Below are positions 42,106 to 56,146 of a stretch of DNA of 64,000 nt, piece after piece. The DNA is taken from contig MU054032.1 of assembly GCA_013239625.1 (NCBI GenBank), positions 496,001-560,000 on the forward strand, written 5' to 3'. Position numbers and translations under genes: made by a program. The DNA is from Lama guanicoe (Eukaryota). The notes under the pieces are model-generated. The model made no database searches. It had not been told where the DNA came from and worked only from the letters and a program-made list of their open reading frames with translations. The stretch's first letter is position 1; the number at the start of each line of letters is the position of its first letter.

Positions 42106-42520
42106 GAGAGAGGATCCGGCTTTCTCTCCGGCTCTCTTATATAGAGCGAGATCCCTACGCTTTGGCTGGGAGAGTTTTCCTAGACGTCCCCTATGCGCAA
42201 GCCAAGAATGGCAAGCCACTTTATTCAAACTTTCTTTATTATTCAGCCTTTCCGCTGAAGTACAGGGTAGAAAGGTGTTTCTCGAATTTACTTTTCCGTG
42301 ATACAAAGTGATAATGGGACTATTTAACCAACTGGCGGAAGAAAATTAGAGTTATGCGTTTCCCGTCAAGCCGTGCGACGCCCACCCCGGAAGTAATTCT
42401 GGGCGTTTATACTTCTTAGTTTTTTGCGACGCTAGGAACGGAAGTTGCCCGGCGCAGGACCATGAGTCATACTCCCTATTAGAAGACAGAGGGGAAGAGA
42501 TGCATTGTGGGCATTGTAGT
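42106..42520 (-). promoter_or_regulatory. RPS26: RPS26 promoter: 5'TOP tract, TATA box, ETS/GABP sites, ZNF143-like site
   Basis: CCTCTCTC at 42113-42106 about 30 nt downstream of TATATAAG (42143-42136); CCGGAAGT 42387-42394; CGGAAGT 42439-42445; gcattgtgggcattgtagt 42502-42520. Confidence 0.85.
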
Positions 42521-42857
42521 GCGAGGTTGGCAGGCCCCGGGCCCCAGGTACTTACATCAAAGGCGGCACTACGCCACTGGGGGACGCTCTCGGCTCATTT
42601 CTCTGACAGTCTCGCTACTTGGTGTAATACTGGGAAAGGGAGGACCTGGGGGAAGACAAAACATCTTGTTAATTCCCCCTTCCAGTACAGGGAAGACTCT
42701 ACAATGAGGGGCCATGGATAAGTGCATTGGTGCGAGGGCCGTTTCTCATTCACCTTTTTATTCCGGGATCCTGTTACCACAGTACCAGGCACTGTAGTAA
42801 ATGCTGTAAAAATATTAACTCATTAAGTCCGCAACAAGCTTATAAGGTAGGAAGTAT

Positions 42858-42965
42858 TATTTTTAAATTTTATTTGTGTATTTAATAGAGATATTGGGGA
42901 TTGAACCCAGGACCTTGTGCACGCTAAGCATGCGCTCTACCATTGAGCTATATACCCCCACCCCA
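42858..42965 (-). mobile_element. Vic-1-like SINE inside a MIR-like segment
   Basis: ggggattgaacccaggaccttgtgcacgctaagcatgcgctctaccattgagctatatacccc. Confidence 0.82.
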
Positions 42966-44619
42966 CAACAAAGTAGGAACTATCCTCACTTTACAGATTG
43001 AAAAACTGAGGTATGAGAGGTTAAAACTGAGGTTGCCCAAAGTCACACAGAGCTAGATATGTGGTGTTCTGACTTCACTATACTCTGATGCCTCTTACCT
43101 AACAAACAAATGGATGGAGGTATAGTCTGGACCAGTGACTTGAACTATTTTGATTTTGATCCCTCGTGGAAATATATTTCACACTGGTACTCAGCACATA
43201 CACAGATACAAACACACACACACATGCAACACTGAAACACAATGAAGCAATGCCCTTAAGGACATAAGGTGCACTGGTATGTTCCACTTTCTATTATTTT
43301 CTATTCTATTTTAATAAATGCTGATCAAGCCCCACTAAAGTGATTTCACTACTCATTGATATATCTCGCCCCCTAATGAAACATGCTTTCTTATGTATAA
43401 GCTCATTTACCTCTAAAGAGCCTTCAGAAAGTCTTCAGCCTTAAACAGAAGTGTTATATATGGGCAGCCAACCACTCACTTGTCTCCAAAGTTGAAGAAA
43501 CTTGGGTGTCAAGGAGACCTCCCAGCATTAGATCCAAGACAGTACAGATGGAGACCAACAATTCATTCATGAATTATTCTGAAATCTGAATACAGCAGAT
43601 TCACTTTCCTTCCAACAACTTATTATGGTTTCTTAACCTTTAACCCACTTTATTGGGGTTTGAATTTATTTTCTAACTTTTGTTTTGGCTTTAAAACAGC
43701 TATATTCATGGTCTCTTTTGAGTTTCAATTTGTTAGTTTCAATGGGGCATGGAAAATGATAGACTCTGGATGGAAGTGTCTCCAATTTTCACTTCAATAT
43801 AGTCTCCTGGGAAAACGAGGCAGACAATATTGTGTGGAATGGCAATGTGGTAGATAGGAGAGAACAGAAAAATTCAGTGAAGGGGACAGAAAATAGTTAA
43901 TATTGAAGACAGAACATGTACTTCAATAACAAAATCAATAAAATAAAATAAAAAAAAAGACAGAACCAAGTTAATGTTCCTGTGCTGGCTTTTCTTTGGA
44001 TTTTCATAGCCTGAGGGTTTCACTGGCTGCATAACTGGGCATTAAGGGATGGACATAGACTTTGGAATAACATACTGTTCTGTTCAAATCTGGGTTCTGT
44101 CATTTACTGGTTGATAAGTCTTGGACAAGTTATTTTTTCTCTCTTGGGCTTTTATTTCTTCACTAGTAATGGTGATCATTCTTTTGGAGGTTGTCTGTAC
44201 AATTAAATGAATACCTGGCACAGGGCTTGACATTTATGAAATGCTCAAGAAATGGTAGACCCTATTATCATCATCATTCATGCTGTTGTATCTTGTATTT
44301 CCCTGGGCATATAGTGTGTTTTGCACACAAGATGTACTGAACAACTATTTGACGAATCTTTGCTTTGGATGGATAGGCAGGCTAGGCTTTCTCTCCTATC
44401 CTGAAGGCACTCCTGATGGGAAAATCTCCTCTACTTCCCATTCTGGGTTGAAAATTCATCTGTTCTTCTGTAGCAACAACTTGAGAATTTTTGTTTTGTT
44501 TCCTCTCAGTTTTAGGCTTGTTCACCTTCAAAATATTTAGTAGTTGGCACAATATGATGCAAGGAGGTTCCCCTCCCTCCCAGCAGAAAAGCAAGGCAAA
44601 GGAAGTCTGCAAAAACAAC

Positions 44620-44973
44620 CAGGGGTGTTAAATTACTCATGTTTATTTATAACAGACCTTCAGCCAGTACAGTACAAAACTTACAGTAGTATATCTCCGT
44701 TACACAAATATTTACTTACAATATATTACATATACAAAATGCTTTGCAATAAGTCTCAAAAGCTAGTTTAACTCCTCTTGAGAAAGGAGAAAAACTCTTT
44801 AAAAAAAAAAAAAAAGAGGAGGAGAGGGGAACCAGAGGAAGAGGTGAAGGGGTAAATCCAAGGAGACACCAAGCATAGGCTACAAATGAAACCCTGGGAG
44901 AGAGAAGAGGTGGTATTGCACTTGCTTCTGTGTTTTATTTTTTCTTTTTGTTCTTCATAACTTCTGATTAAAA

Positions 44974-45006
<33 letters not shown>

Positions 45007-47690
45007 TATGTACACAGGGAAAGAAGCTGCCAGAAGTATTACAAAATCCCATCTGCAGCTTGGATACTGACAAGAAAAAACAAAGGTCTGGAAAAGTGTC
45101 TATTTAGAAATTTTCTTGTGTGGTGTTGATTTTAAATATCAGTATAAAAGAAAAACACCTCTTTTCTCCATGTGGGTTTCAATGTATTTTTTTTTTTTAC
45201 TTTTTTTTTATGCAAAAGGGGCTGGGAGAGAGCATGAGGATGTTTGAGGTTCCAGAGCTGGAAGGCTCTGGAAAGTAGGATTTTGTACCTAAGACCCTGG
45301 TTAAAGTGCAGTGATGGTCTGGAGAGAGACAGAGTGCCCTTCTCTCCCCTCCTTAGCACCTGGGCTTGCCCTTCCAGTCTCTGCTCTCATGGGCTCAGAG
45401 TATGGCCTCAGAGCATAGTCCTTCATGTTCCAGGAGGTTACAGGTGCCAAAATTGACTGGGGGAGGGGATGGGGCAACCTAAGGCTCTGATGCCCCAGAA
45501 GGGAATAGTCCTAATGAGGTGCCACCAAATACACAGCAGACGCAGAAGAGGTGGTGGGGGCACGTCAATCGAGAAGGGGCTCAATAACCAGAACAGTTGA
45601 GGGGAACCCCAGATATTAATGTCAGCTCTGCTGCCATTCTGAAACAAGGAGCCAGTTCACTGGGGTGCTCTGGAGACTCTCCCCTTCCCCGGAGACCACT
45701 CTCCTCCCAGCGGACTCCCCCATCCTCTGCCCTTGGCAGCATCTGTTTATTGCTACATTGTCAAGGAGGAACAACCAACCCACAGTGCCCCTCCCTGGCA
45801 ATCTGGTTCTCCTGGGGAGACCGCATAATGGGGGAGAAAAGGAGGAAGAAGAGAAGGATTTTAGGGTCTCCTTTCCCAGAAGAGGGTAAGGTAGACTCTC
45901 TTAGAGCCCTTAAGAGCCCCAATCCCAGGGTCTATTCCTTAGCCAACCCTTTACCATCCCCCTAAATTATCCCTGATAGGGAGTGAGAAAAGTAGGAGGC
46001 AAAAGAGCCAATAAGGAAAGGACATGTGGAAAGAAAGATGGAAGGGAAGAGAGAAGGAGAGAGGGAGAGAGAGAGAGAGAGAGAAGGACCAAGTGTTATA
46101 ACTTGTGAGGTGTTGTGTTTGGTTTTTACTTTTTTTTTCTTTAAATATAGAAAAACAGGCTTTGGTTTGAATCTCAAGGAAGCAGAGAATGGGATGGCTG
46201 TGGCCTTGGGCAGGGAACTCTTGTAGAAAGAGACCTCCACTTGCAATGGAGCTGTATCTCCTCCTGCCCCTTTCTCTAGGTGACCCAAATAGCCAGGGGT
46301 CTCTGCAGCAGCCAGGAGAGTGCCCCCCTCCTGCCCTGCGTCTGGGAGCTGAGTGTAGAGGGGGCAGTAAAGGAAAGCCCCCAATTCAGTTGCACCCATC
46401 CCATTCTTGCTGGGACAGGAGTGGAATGGGGTGAGGGGCACGTGCCCTTGTTTATCCTGGGACAATTTTTGGTTACACTGAAAATTAGAAGAGAGAAAAG
46501 ACACATCCTTTTCTCCCTGCCACTGATCCTAAGAAAAGGGCCAGGAGCCCAGGAATGAGAGGGTGAATCCTGCCAGGGGGAGAAGAAGGCAGCATGACTG
46601 GGGGGCTGAGGATACTACCCCCTTGTCATCAGGCAGCAACCCACCAGCTTCTCAGAGGACAGGGACACCTGGAGCCCCTGAGAGCCCAGGAAGGTCACTA
46701 GAGTGAAGAAAGTTGAGAGGTGGAAGAGAAAGACAAAGATTTTGACCCACCCCCTTCCCTGGTTCCCAGTTAGGCACCTGTGGCTCCCAATGTGTCAGAG
46801 ACAGGATTGCTGACCTAGCCTTGGCCCCTGAGAATATAAAAGTGGGGCATTCCAAGGAGAGAAAAACCACCAGAGTAGACTGGCAGGCTGAAGAGAGTAG
46901 AGCAGTGCTGGGGGTTGTCTGAGGAGAGAAGACAGATCCCGAATACAGGCTTTGGGGAACTCATATTACCAGGGGTCTGTCAACAGGACCCTAGGTCCCA
47001 CGGTGCCTGGGGAGATTTTCTCCAGCCCCTCCTACTTCCAAGTGAGGGATTTCTTCATTCGTTCAGAAATAGTGCAAGCTGCCTAAAGTGAGAGGGCACG
47101 AGAGGTATGAAGTACCAGTTTGAAGGGTCCCAGAGAGGAGATATAATGCCACAGAGCTAAGGTAGGGCCAGAGGGAGCTACCAGCATCAAAACTGAAGAA
47201 TCGGATAATGTAAAAGGTGAGGACTTAACTCAAGAAGCTCAAGGTCTCTTAGCACTGAGAGGAGCCTCCTACCCCTGGGGCTGCTGGAGGAAGCTGGATC
47301 CAAGAGAAAAATGAGGCCTAAAGTGGAAGGGGACGGTGGGCAGGAGGGTTGGGGAGTAGTAAGTGGTAAGTAACCACTATAAGGTTAAAAAAAAAAAAAG
47401 CAAGAGAAAAATCAACAAATTATATTAATAAATAACTCAGTGAGATGGTGGGATGAGAGGAGAAGAGAAAAAGTAGAAAAATAAGCAAAAGACCTATTTC
47501 ATCACAACGCTTAGATCAGTCAGGGAAGAGGAGGAGCGTAGTGGGGAGGGGTCAGGGTCAAGTGTGACGTCCCATAGCCAGTGGTGACGGCTACACAACC
47601 AAACAGTTTGGGATGTGGTGGGGACAGGGCTAGACTCCTGCAGCTCGGGCAGTGGAGTGGTGGACTGAGTGGGGTGGGGGCAGTAGGTCG
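44620..47690 (-). other. IKZF4: IKZF4 3'UTR (~3 kb) with terminal AATAAA at 44647-44642
   Basis: Largely transposon-free sequence downstream of the stop; AATAAA at 44647-44642, additional hexamers at 44939-44934 and 45751-45746; 3' end approximate. Confidence 0.7.
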
Positions 47691-48451
47691 CTAGCCCACC
47701 TTGTGCTCCCCCCGGACGATGTGGGAAGAGAATTCGTACCGGTCCTGGCTGTGGTAACCACAGATGTTGCACTCAAAAGGGTCTCTGAAGCCATGGCAGC
47801 CCATGTGGATGGTGAACATGACATGGTCCAGGAAGAGGATGCGGCAGTGCTCACATTTGAAGGCCTTCACTGGCTCCCCGCTCTCACCCACCACCCGAAG
47901 CACTTCCTTGGAGGGGCCTGGGGTGCCCCGCAGTAACCCCTCCTGTGGCTTGGGGTCCTCTTTGGCGTAGGCGGGACTGGGCCGGCCCACCACAATGGTG
48001 GGCGGTGGCTGGGGTGGGGGACCCTGAGGGAGGGATACCACCCCCCCAACCCGATCTTCGTGGTTGCTCTCTGTATCTGTGGAGTCCTGGCAGCCATTGC
48101 TGGGGGATGCCCCCGGGTCAGTCAGGGGGCCTCGGGCCCGGTAGAGGAGGGGACCCCCATCAGCCAGGTCCTCGGGTCCCTCACCTGCTTCTCGGGACCC
48201 TGGAAGCTCCAGTCGACTGGGGAGGGGCTGCATCTGAGTGTAGACAGAGCTGATGACAGGCGTGAGTTCTGAGATACAATTGGTAGGTGGAAGGCGGAGG
48301 GGACGCAGATGCTCTGCTCCTACAAAGGCCAGAGAACCTCCAAAGCCAGGCTCCAGGCCGTGGTGTGCCACCAACTCCACATCCTTCTCATAGCCGCCGG
48401 AGTTCACATCATAGGGGAGGTCCGAGAGGCTGAATCGCATCTGCTTTTCGC
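47691..48451 (-). CDS. IKZF4: IKZF4 last coding exon (C-terminal dimerisation zinc fingers, ...HIVRGEHKVG*)
   Basis: 761 nt, ccgcag|GC acceptor, TAG 47693-47691; contains PEDLA CtBP motif and FKCEHC..H / FECNIC..H fingers; 8 exons total 1758 nt = 585 aa. Confidence 0.98.
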
Positions 48452-49053
48452 CTGCGGAGAGGAGGGTCTCAGCAGAGCTGGGTTTGGATCATTCCTAAAC
48501 CCCTCAGGATTACTTCTTTGTTTGGTTCTTGCCCCTGGGGATGACTGTGACTTTATTTACCACGCCTCATTTACTTCCCTTGAGGTCAAGTCCTCTGTGG
48601 GGCTGCTCCCCGACCCTGGGCAATAATCTTAGAGGACTCAGTCCCAGCTCATCAATCTTAATTCCCCCTTCATTACTCTCTACAAAGCTCCAGGTCCTTA
48701 GGGAGCTAACGACAAGGGCGAGGCCAGGCGACCCCACATGCACCTTCTGTCTCCGACTCTAAGGGCCCTTCTCTTGGCCCCCACAGACTAAAGTCTTTAC
48801 TAGTCTCCAAAACTGGAAGAGCTGAGTCCCCGCACCCCTGCCTCAACACTGACCCTCTCCCACCCTCCTGAGGTACATTTTCCCTCTTTGCTCCCCTTCT
48901 GTTCTGGGGATGGATTCTGAGCACGGGAGACCACCAGACTGCTTTCTTTCCCTCAAGCAAATCTCCAGATCCGGTTGGTCTAATGGCCACAGGAGCTCAG
49001 ATTTAGGTGAGCTGTGGCTTAAAGCTGACGTCTCCTTCCAACTGGACTCTTAC

Positions 49054-49185
49054 CTACGAACTTCTGAGGGGTGGAACGCTTGCGTTTCGTGAGGCTGTTG
49101 GCCAGACGATCAATGAAAGTTGGCCTCTCAGAGGATGAGTGCAGCATGGAGTCTGGCACCATCTCCAGGTCCCGTATCTCATCAC
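49054..49185 (-). CDS. IKZF4: IKZF4 coding exon 7 (GDEIRDLEMVPDSMLHSSSERPTFIDRLANSLTKRKRSTPQKFV)
   Basis: 132 nt, canonical splice sites; Ikaros-family DRLA..KRK motif. Confidence 0.96.
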   Translation of the reverse strand: MMRYGTWRWCQTPCCTHPLRGQLSLIVWPTASRNASVPPLRSS

Positions 49186-49643
49186 CTAGTGGGAGGGAGG
49201 TGGGAACAGGCAGTAGCGGCTGAGTAGGGGCAGCACGGGCCCAGCAGCCTCTGCCTTGGGAAAACCAGCAGCTCAGGAGCTGAGGGAGGTCACATCCAGT
49301 GACTGGGAAATGCGGCTCTCCTTACTTCACCCCATCTAGACCTCACCGCAGCGCGTTTCAGGTAACTGGAGACAATCACGTACATCTGACCTTGATTTTA
49401 TGCTTATGTTTTCTCTCTCCCTTTAGACTGAGGACATAGAGCAAATCCACCTCTACCTCTGACCATCCCTCAGCACCCACCACAGGGCTCTTCACCCCCT
49501 GGGGCGCTCAGCACCATTACTGAAGTGACAGTCCCCTGTTCCACAGACCTCAGTCGCTGTTGGGGTTGGTGCTGGGCTCGCCCGTGTCCCGCACTCCCTC
49601 CGGCCTGGCCCTCCACTGCCCTGTGGTCCTCCCGCAGCCTCAC

Positions 49644-49793
49644 CTGATTGGCCGGCCAGCGCTTGGGCTTCAGTGCTGAGACTCTGCAGGTAGTTGTGGC
49701 ACCGCTCCTTGTGCTCCTCCAGGGTGCTCTGCTGTTTGTAGCTCCGGCCGCAGTAGTTACACTTGTAGGGCTTGCCCACCGTGGGAGAGGAGA
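49644..49793 (-). CDS. IKZF4: IKZF4 coding exon 6 (ZF4: [26 protein letters not shown])
   Basis: 150 nt, canonical splice sites. Confidence 0.97.
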
Positions 49794-50608
49794 CTGGGGG
49801 AGACAGGAGAGAAAGAGCATCAGAGGTACTTCCCCCTGAGCCCTGGCTCGACACAATCACCCAGGAGCAAGTGGACATGGGCATGACGAAGGGATGCTGC
49901 TCAGCTGAGTTCTTCTGCTTGTCTTTCTTTCTCCAGCTTCGGCCGCAGGCATGGATAGGTGACCAACCCTTGGAGAAGAGGGACAACATGTAGCTATGGG
50001 AGGAGAGGGGGACCCAGGGACAGTTGGTGGGCCTCAAGATGGCCATGTTGCTGCTGAGAGGAAGGGAGGACCCAGGGACTTTGTAGGGGATCATCCCTGG
50101 CAGGCAGGCTGGCCCCACCCCAGGATCTCAGAGTCTGGGGCCCAGACTGTGGTTTAACCTTTCCACGTGGCAGGCGGGTGTAAGTGCTGTTTATCAGACA
50201 AGGGGATTTTTTTGCTTACGAACTATCTGCTTCAGTTTGGGGGAAATTGGTGGGCTGGGGTGACAGAAACAAGAGCCCTTAGACCTGCCAATGTGGGGAA
50301 GGGCAGTTTTCACTGACCTTTACTTGTACTTTTACCCGCCTCCCCGACCTGGTTGTACTGCTCATTTTTCTTTCTGTCTCTCTATACTGAGATACCAAGA
50401 GAGTCCTAGAAAACTCACCACTGAGAGAAATTCTAAGAAGAAAAACAAAAAAGAATAAAATAACAATAGGAAAGTTAAGGAGAAAAGTAAAAGGAAGAGA
50501 ACACCAACTTTGGGGTCTTTTTTTTTTTTTTAAAAAAGGAAAAGGTTATAAAGATTTTGGCAAAAAAAAAAAGGAAAAGGTTATAAAGATTTTGGCCAGA
50601 AACAGATT

Positions 50609-51000
50609 GAAAAATAACATATGATATCACTTATATGTGGAATCTGAAAAAAAAAAAAAGACAAACGAACTTATTTATAAAACGGAAACAGACTCACAGA
50701 CACAGAAAACAAACTTACGGTTACCAGTGGGGGAAGAGGGTGGGAAGGGATAAATTGGGAGTTCGAGATTTGTAGATACACACTACTATATATAAAATAG
50801 ATAAACAAGTTCATACTGTATAACACAGGGAACTATATTCAATATCTTGTAGTAACTTATAGTGAAAAAGAATTTGAAAACGAGTATATGTATGTTCATG
50901 TATGACTGAAGCATTATGCTATATACTAGAAGTTGACACAACACTGTAAACTGATTATACTCCAATAAAAAATATATATATATACACAAAGAAAAAAAGA
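50609..51000 (+). mobile_element. L1 3'UTR fragment in IKZF4 intron 5
   Basis: atatgatatcacttatatgtggaatctgaaaaa...acaacactgtaaactgattatactccaataaaa. Confidence 0.8.
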
Positions 51001-52611
51001 AATGAAGTAGAAATTATGTATTAAAACTTTTTTTTTTGTTTCCACTGAAAAAAAGAAAGGTTAGGAAAACCGAGATCAATACTTCCTTTAAAGACAACTT
51101 GAGACGTATTTGTGAGAGGAGAGAAACAAGGTATTGTATATTTAACATTTCTTGGTACTATTGAGCAGGAAGACAGGAGAAAGTATCTCCAGGAGGCTGG
51201 TAATTACTACCCCCCGTCACCTCCCACCACAACACCTAAACTGGGCCTTGACTCAATCAATCTGCCATTTCGCTCTTACTCCGTAAACATGAGTGTTTAG
51301 GGGATGAGATGAATATCATGGTCCCCACCCTCCCAAGCCTCTTGGGGAAATAGGTTTAATTTAATTAATAAAGCAAAAAAAACCTCTGATGTCTAGGGGA
51401 GGAACTTCTTTTTCCTTACAGTGTGGACTGTGATAGAAAACATCTCACAGCGATGGGACCCAACAGTGTATCTGTGCTCGCTTCTGCCCCTAATAATCTT
51501 GTACAGAACAACATCTAATATCCGCCCAGCTGGCCTCATTGTTGTTGGTAGGAATTCTCGGGGCCAAGCCACCCTTGTTCCAAACCAGCAGGGGGAGCCG
51601 CCCCTTTTCTGAGGAGAAGGAGCATGACACCGTGGCACCTGACATTAGTGGGAGTCCAGTGAGGCTGTGGAATAGTTCTGTGATAACAACATTACCTTGG
51701 AATTGTTATAAGGATCACCTGAGGGAGGAGACATGCGTGAAATGCTTTGTAGGTTATAAGGCATGAATCAATAATGATCGTTCTCCACGTACACAGAGAT
51801 AAAGGGGTCCCAGCCCCAAAGTGACAGAATCTAGAACAAGGTAGGTGGCTGGGCAAAGTAGAAGGTGGGGAGGTGATTGCTCTGTCCCTTTAAATCCTGG
51901 CCCAGGAGAGTTTAAGCAAAGAGAAAAACAGCAAAGACAGTTTCCAAGGACAGACCCTACTAATTCTTTCCCCTCTGCCCTTCTTCCGGCCTTTTCCCAA
52001 TCTTGAGCTCCCTCCTTCCTGCCAGCTCAGCTCCTGGCCTCTTCTCAAGTCTAAGCCGAAAGCGTAAGACTTAGCTTCAAAAGTGCTATCTGTCCAGCTG
52101 ATTCAGAAAGATGTTGACTCAAGCCGCCTTGGCTGGGGCTAGGAAACCTGGTTAGTCCAGTTCCCTGGCACTGTCCCAAACGCTGACCTCAGGCACCCTC
52201 TGGATTTGCTCTTGCCTCTGAGGTGACAACCTCTTGGGATGGGAAACAGAAATGGGATACAGTTTTCCTAGGCCTCCCTTCTTCCAGTTTGGGAGGCTCA
52301 TGGATATTTACAAGAATCAGCAGGAAATAAAGAGGAGGACTTACAGAGGTTGCCCGTGACCTGTGGTGCTGTGGGGGGAGGTGAAGATGGTGACAGGTGT
52401 GGGGCCTGGAGCACATGGGAGTGGAAGGAGGGGTTCCCCTGGCGCTCAGAGGTGGGGGGTGATGGGGCCCAGATGGTTCTGACATCAGCATGAACTTTAA
52501 AAACAAAGTCAGGGAGGGTGGCTGTTGAGAGCCAAGAGCAGCGCCTGTGCTCCTTTTGGTCCATGTCACGGAACGTGGCAGATGTAAAATACCCCATCAA
52601 AGAGTCCCCTA

Positions 52612-52968
<357 letters not shown>

Positions 52969-53391
52969 CTAGTCCTTCACCCTCCGCTCCACCCTGCCTG
53001 GGGGCAGGAGGGTATTCAGGAGGTGGGAACAGTCTGACCCCTGGAAGGTGTGGACTAGAGGTGTGTGGCAGGGAGCAGGACACCAGGCCTGGAACACTGG
53101 GCCAAAGACTGTCATCAAAAACTGAGGCCCATGGGGCTCACTCTGCCCCCAGACCCAGAGCAGCCAAGAAGCAGCTTCTGTTTCCGTTTTTTGTTTTTTT
53201 GTTTTTTTAAATCACGAGACAGGAGGGCTCAAACACTACCCAGGACCCTCTTGGGTCCTGGCTACACACCTTCCTCTCTATCACCTCCTGAGACAAATAT
53301 CAGCTTTTCTTTGTAACAATGGCAGAGGGAAATGCTGGGAAGTACAGGTGTTGAGGGAGCCCAAATTCCATCCCCCCTCCTTTTTCCTTCA

Positions 53392-53793
<402 letters not shown>

Positions 53794-54769
53794 TTAGGAG
53801 AGGGATAGACATAGGGGGCAGCTTGCCCATGGGCCAGCATGGCACTCCTGAAGTCCAAAACACTATCTCCAAGCCCTGAGACGTTCAGGCTTTGGAAGAG
53901 GCCAACACCCTAAGTATCCCAGGTGGTGACCTCTGGGTCCTGCTGGGACCTGAAACAACCTTTTCCTCCTGTCCCACCAACCAGGCAGATAGACTTCAAG
54001 AGAAAAAAGCCTGGGGTACATGGATGTCTTCAGCCACTGGGGAGAGGAGGAGAATAAGGGGAGCCTTTTTCTCCCCTCTCTTGTCATTAAGAAAGATGTC
54101 TGGCTTGGCCCTGGGCAGGAAGCCAGCAAGTAACAGTGGTGGGAAAATGGTCCTAGGAAGACCGCAGATGGCGGGCTAAAAAGACAGCAAAACTGGAAGA
54201 CGGACGTGGCTCACGTTATCTCCCCCATAGGACTGAACATCTCTACTCTCCTCCGTAAAAATCTGGAGAGGGGGATGGAGGAGGGAGGAGCCATTGAGGA
54301 GAAAGCTTTGGCTCTAGCTCTGACCTACATTCCTGGCTATTCCAACCATTTAGAGAATGTCACAGATCCAGGGCCAGCTGAGGAGGGGCAGTCATGGGGA
54401 CCCTGTCTGGGCAGGAGACTGGGGGGCACTGATGAGAACCTTCTCATCTCTATTTCCTACCTACCTCCAGCTCACGGCCATTTCTATCTACTCATTTGTC
54501 CAGCTCCAGAATTTCTCTTTGGAGCCTTTACCGTAATTCCACCCATGCATATTTTAATCCCCCCCTGGTCACTAGGCAGTGACCGTTCACCCTCCTCTCA
54601 GAAGTCGGGGGAACCCTAGACACTGAGCTCCTCAGTGCTGTTAGAGACTCTGAGCCGGAACCCAGAAGGAGGCAGTGCTGGGGAAACAAATGGCTGCTAT
54701 GGAAGGCGAACGGAGGGCCAGACACAGACGGGGCGCCTGGAGCCAAAGAAGGGCAGGAGCTGCACTTAC

Positions 54770-54874
54770 CACTGAGTGAGCGGCTGGGAGAAGAGTGCTG
54801 GCTGTTGGGGGTGCTCACTGAGGGCCCCACTGGGGCCCCGAGGAACTCCTTCTCCAGAGATGAGTCCCCGCTAC
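54770..54874 (-). CDS. IKZF4: IKZF4 coding exon 3 (SGDSSLEKEFLGAPVGPSVSTPNSQHSSPSRSLS)
   Basis: 105 nt, tccaag|GT acceptor, G|GTAAGT donor, phase 1-1. Confidence 0.96.
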
Positions 54875-55319
54875 CTTGGAGGAGAGAACAAGAGCAAGGG
54901 TGAAGCTGCAGCTGGAGCCATTTACTGTCCCTCGCCTAATCTTTTCAAAATTCAGCTAAGTTTCATGAACATTGATCTCATAGCCTAGTACAAGGCAGTG
55001 TTGTATGCTGGGCACTGTACCTTGTGCCCTCGCCAGCCTGGGTGCCCGGCGCTGACTTCCGCGAACTCAGTGGCCGCGCCTTGCCCACCCTACCTTTATC
55101 TAGGCCTGAGGGGAAGAGCATCACTGCCTGACGTCCACAGGAAGCAGGGCTGGGGCTAGGCGGGCCGGGGTGGAGAGGAAAATGGGGGCCTCAGGAGGGA
55201 GGTGGTTCAGGACAGCCGTTCCTCCCTACTCTTCCTCTCCGGAGCCCCCAACACCAGGTTCGGGATCGGCAGGAAGGGCAGCTGGAATTGCCCCTGAATC
55301 TAATGATAGTAATAGTAAT

Positions 55320-55530
55320 CATAATGACAGCAGCTAACATTAACTGAGTGCTTACTACATGTGAAGCATCATTCTATGCACTTTAAATGAATTATCTCAT
55401 TTAATCTTCACAAGAACTTTGTGAAGTAGGTGCCAATATTATCTTAATTTTGCATATGAGGAAACTGAGGCACAAAAAAGTTATGTTACTTGTCTAAAGT
55501 CACACAGCTACTAGTGGTAGAACCTGGATC
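55320..55530 (+). mobile_element. MIR-like SINE in IKZF4 intron 2
   Basis: attatctcatttaatcttcacaag...atgaggaaactgaggcaca...aaagtcacacagcta core. Confidence 0.75.
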
Positions 55531-56146
55531 TGATCAACAAACAGTAAGTACCCATGTCCTTAACATCACCTGTACAGCCAATTGGGAGTCACTGTTTCAG
55601 GAGGGGAGAGGTGGGCCCATTCGACTCTCTAAAATCAGCAAAAATGTGGCTACTCTAAAAAGCCTCCTATCTGATATGACTCCAATCACATATTTACTAC
55701 TTGATGTTCCCTTGACAGTGAAATCATCAGTTAATTCTCCACATATTCATTTTAACTTGTTGACAAATTGCTTCGTAAAAAATGCTTTTTTAAGAGTGTC
55801 ATATATGTTTTAAAAAATCAGATAACATACCTGAAGATATGAATCACGTCTTTAAAAAAATTTCCCTCCTCCCCACAATCTCCTGCACAAATATACGGGT
55901 GAAATAAAACACGTGTGGACAAACACAGACACAGACACATATCACATATGTAGATACACATAGAGAGAACATACCTGCAGGATAAACATGGCCATAGCCG
56001 TCTACGTTATCTGCTAACATGAACATGCATAGACGTGTGCACACAGGCCTAATATGGAAGATGCTGAGAGAGACAAACCCTCAAATTCATCCCTGAAGTC
56101 CACCTATTAGTACTTTACCCAATTTCCCGGCTATGCACATACTTAC

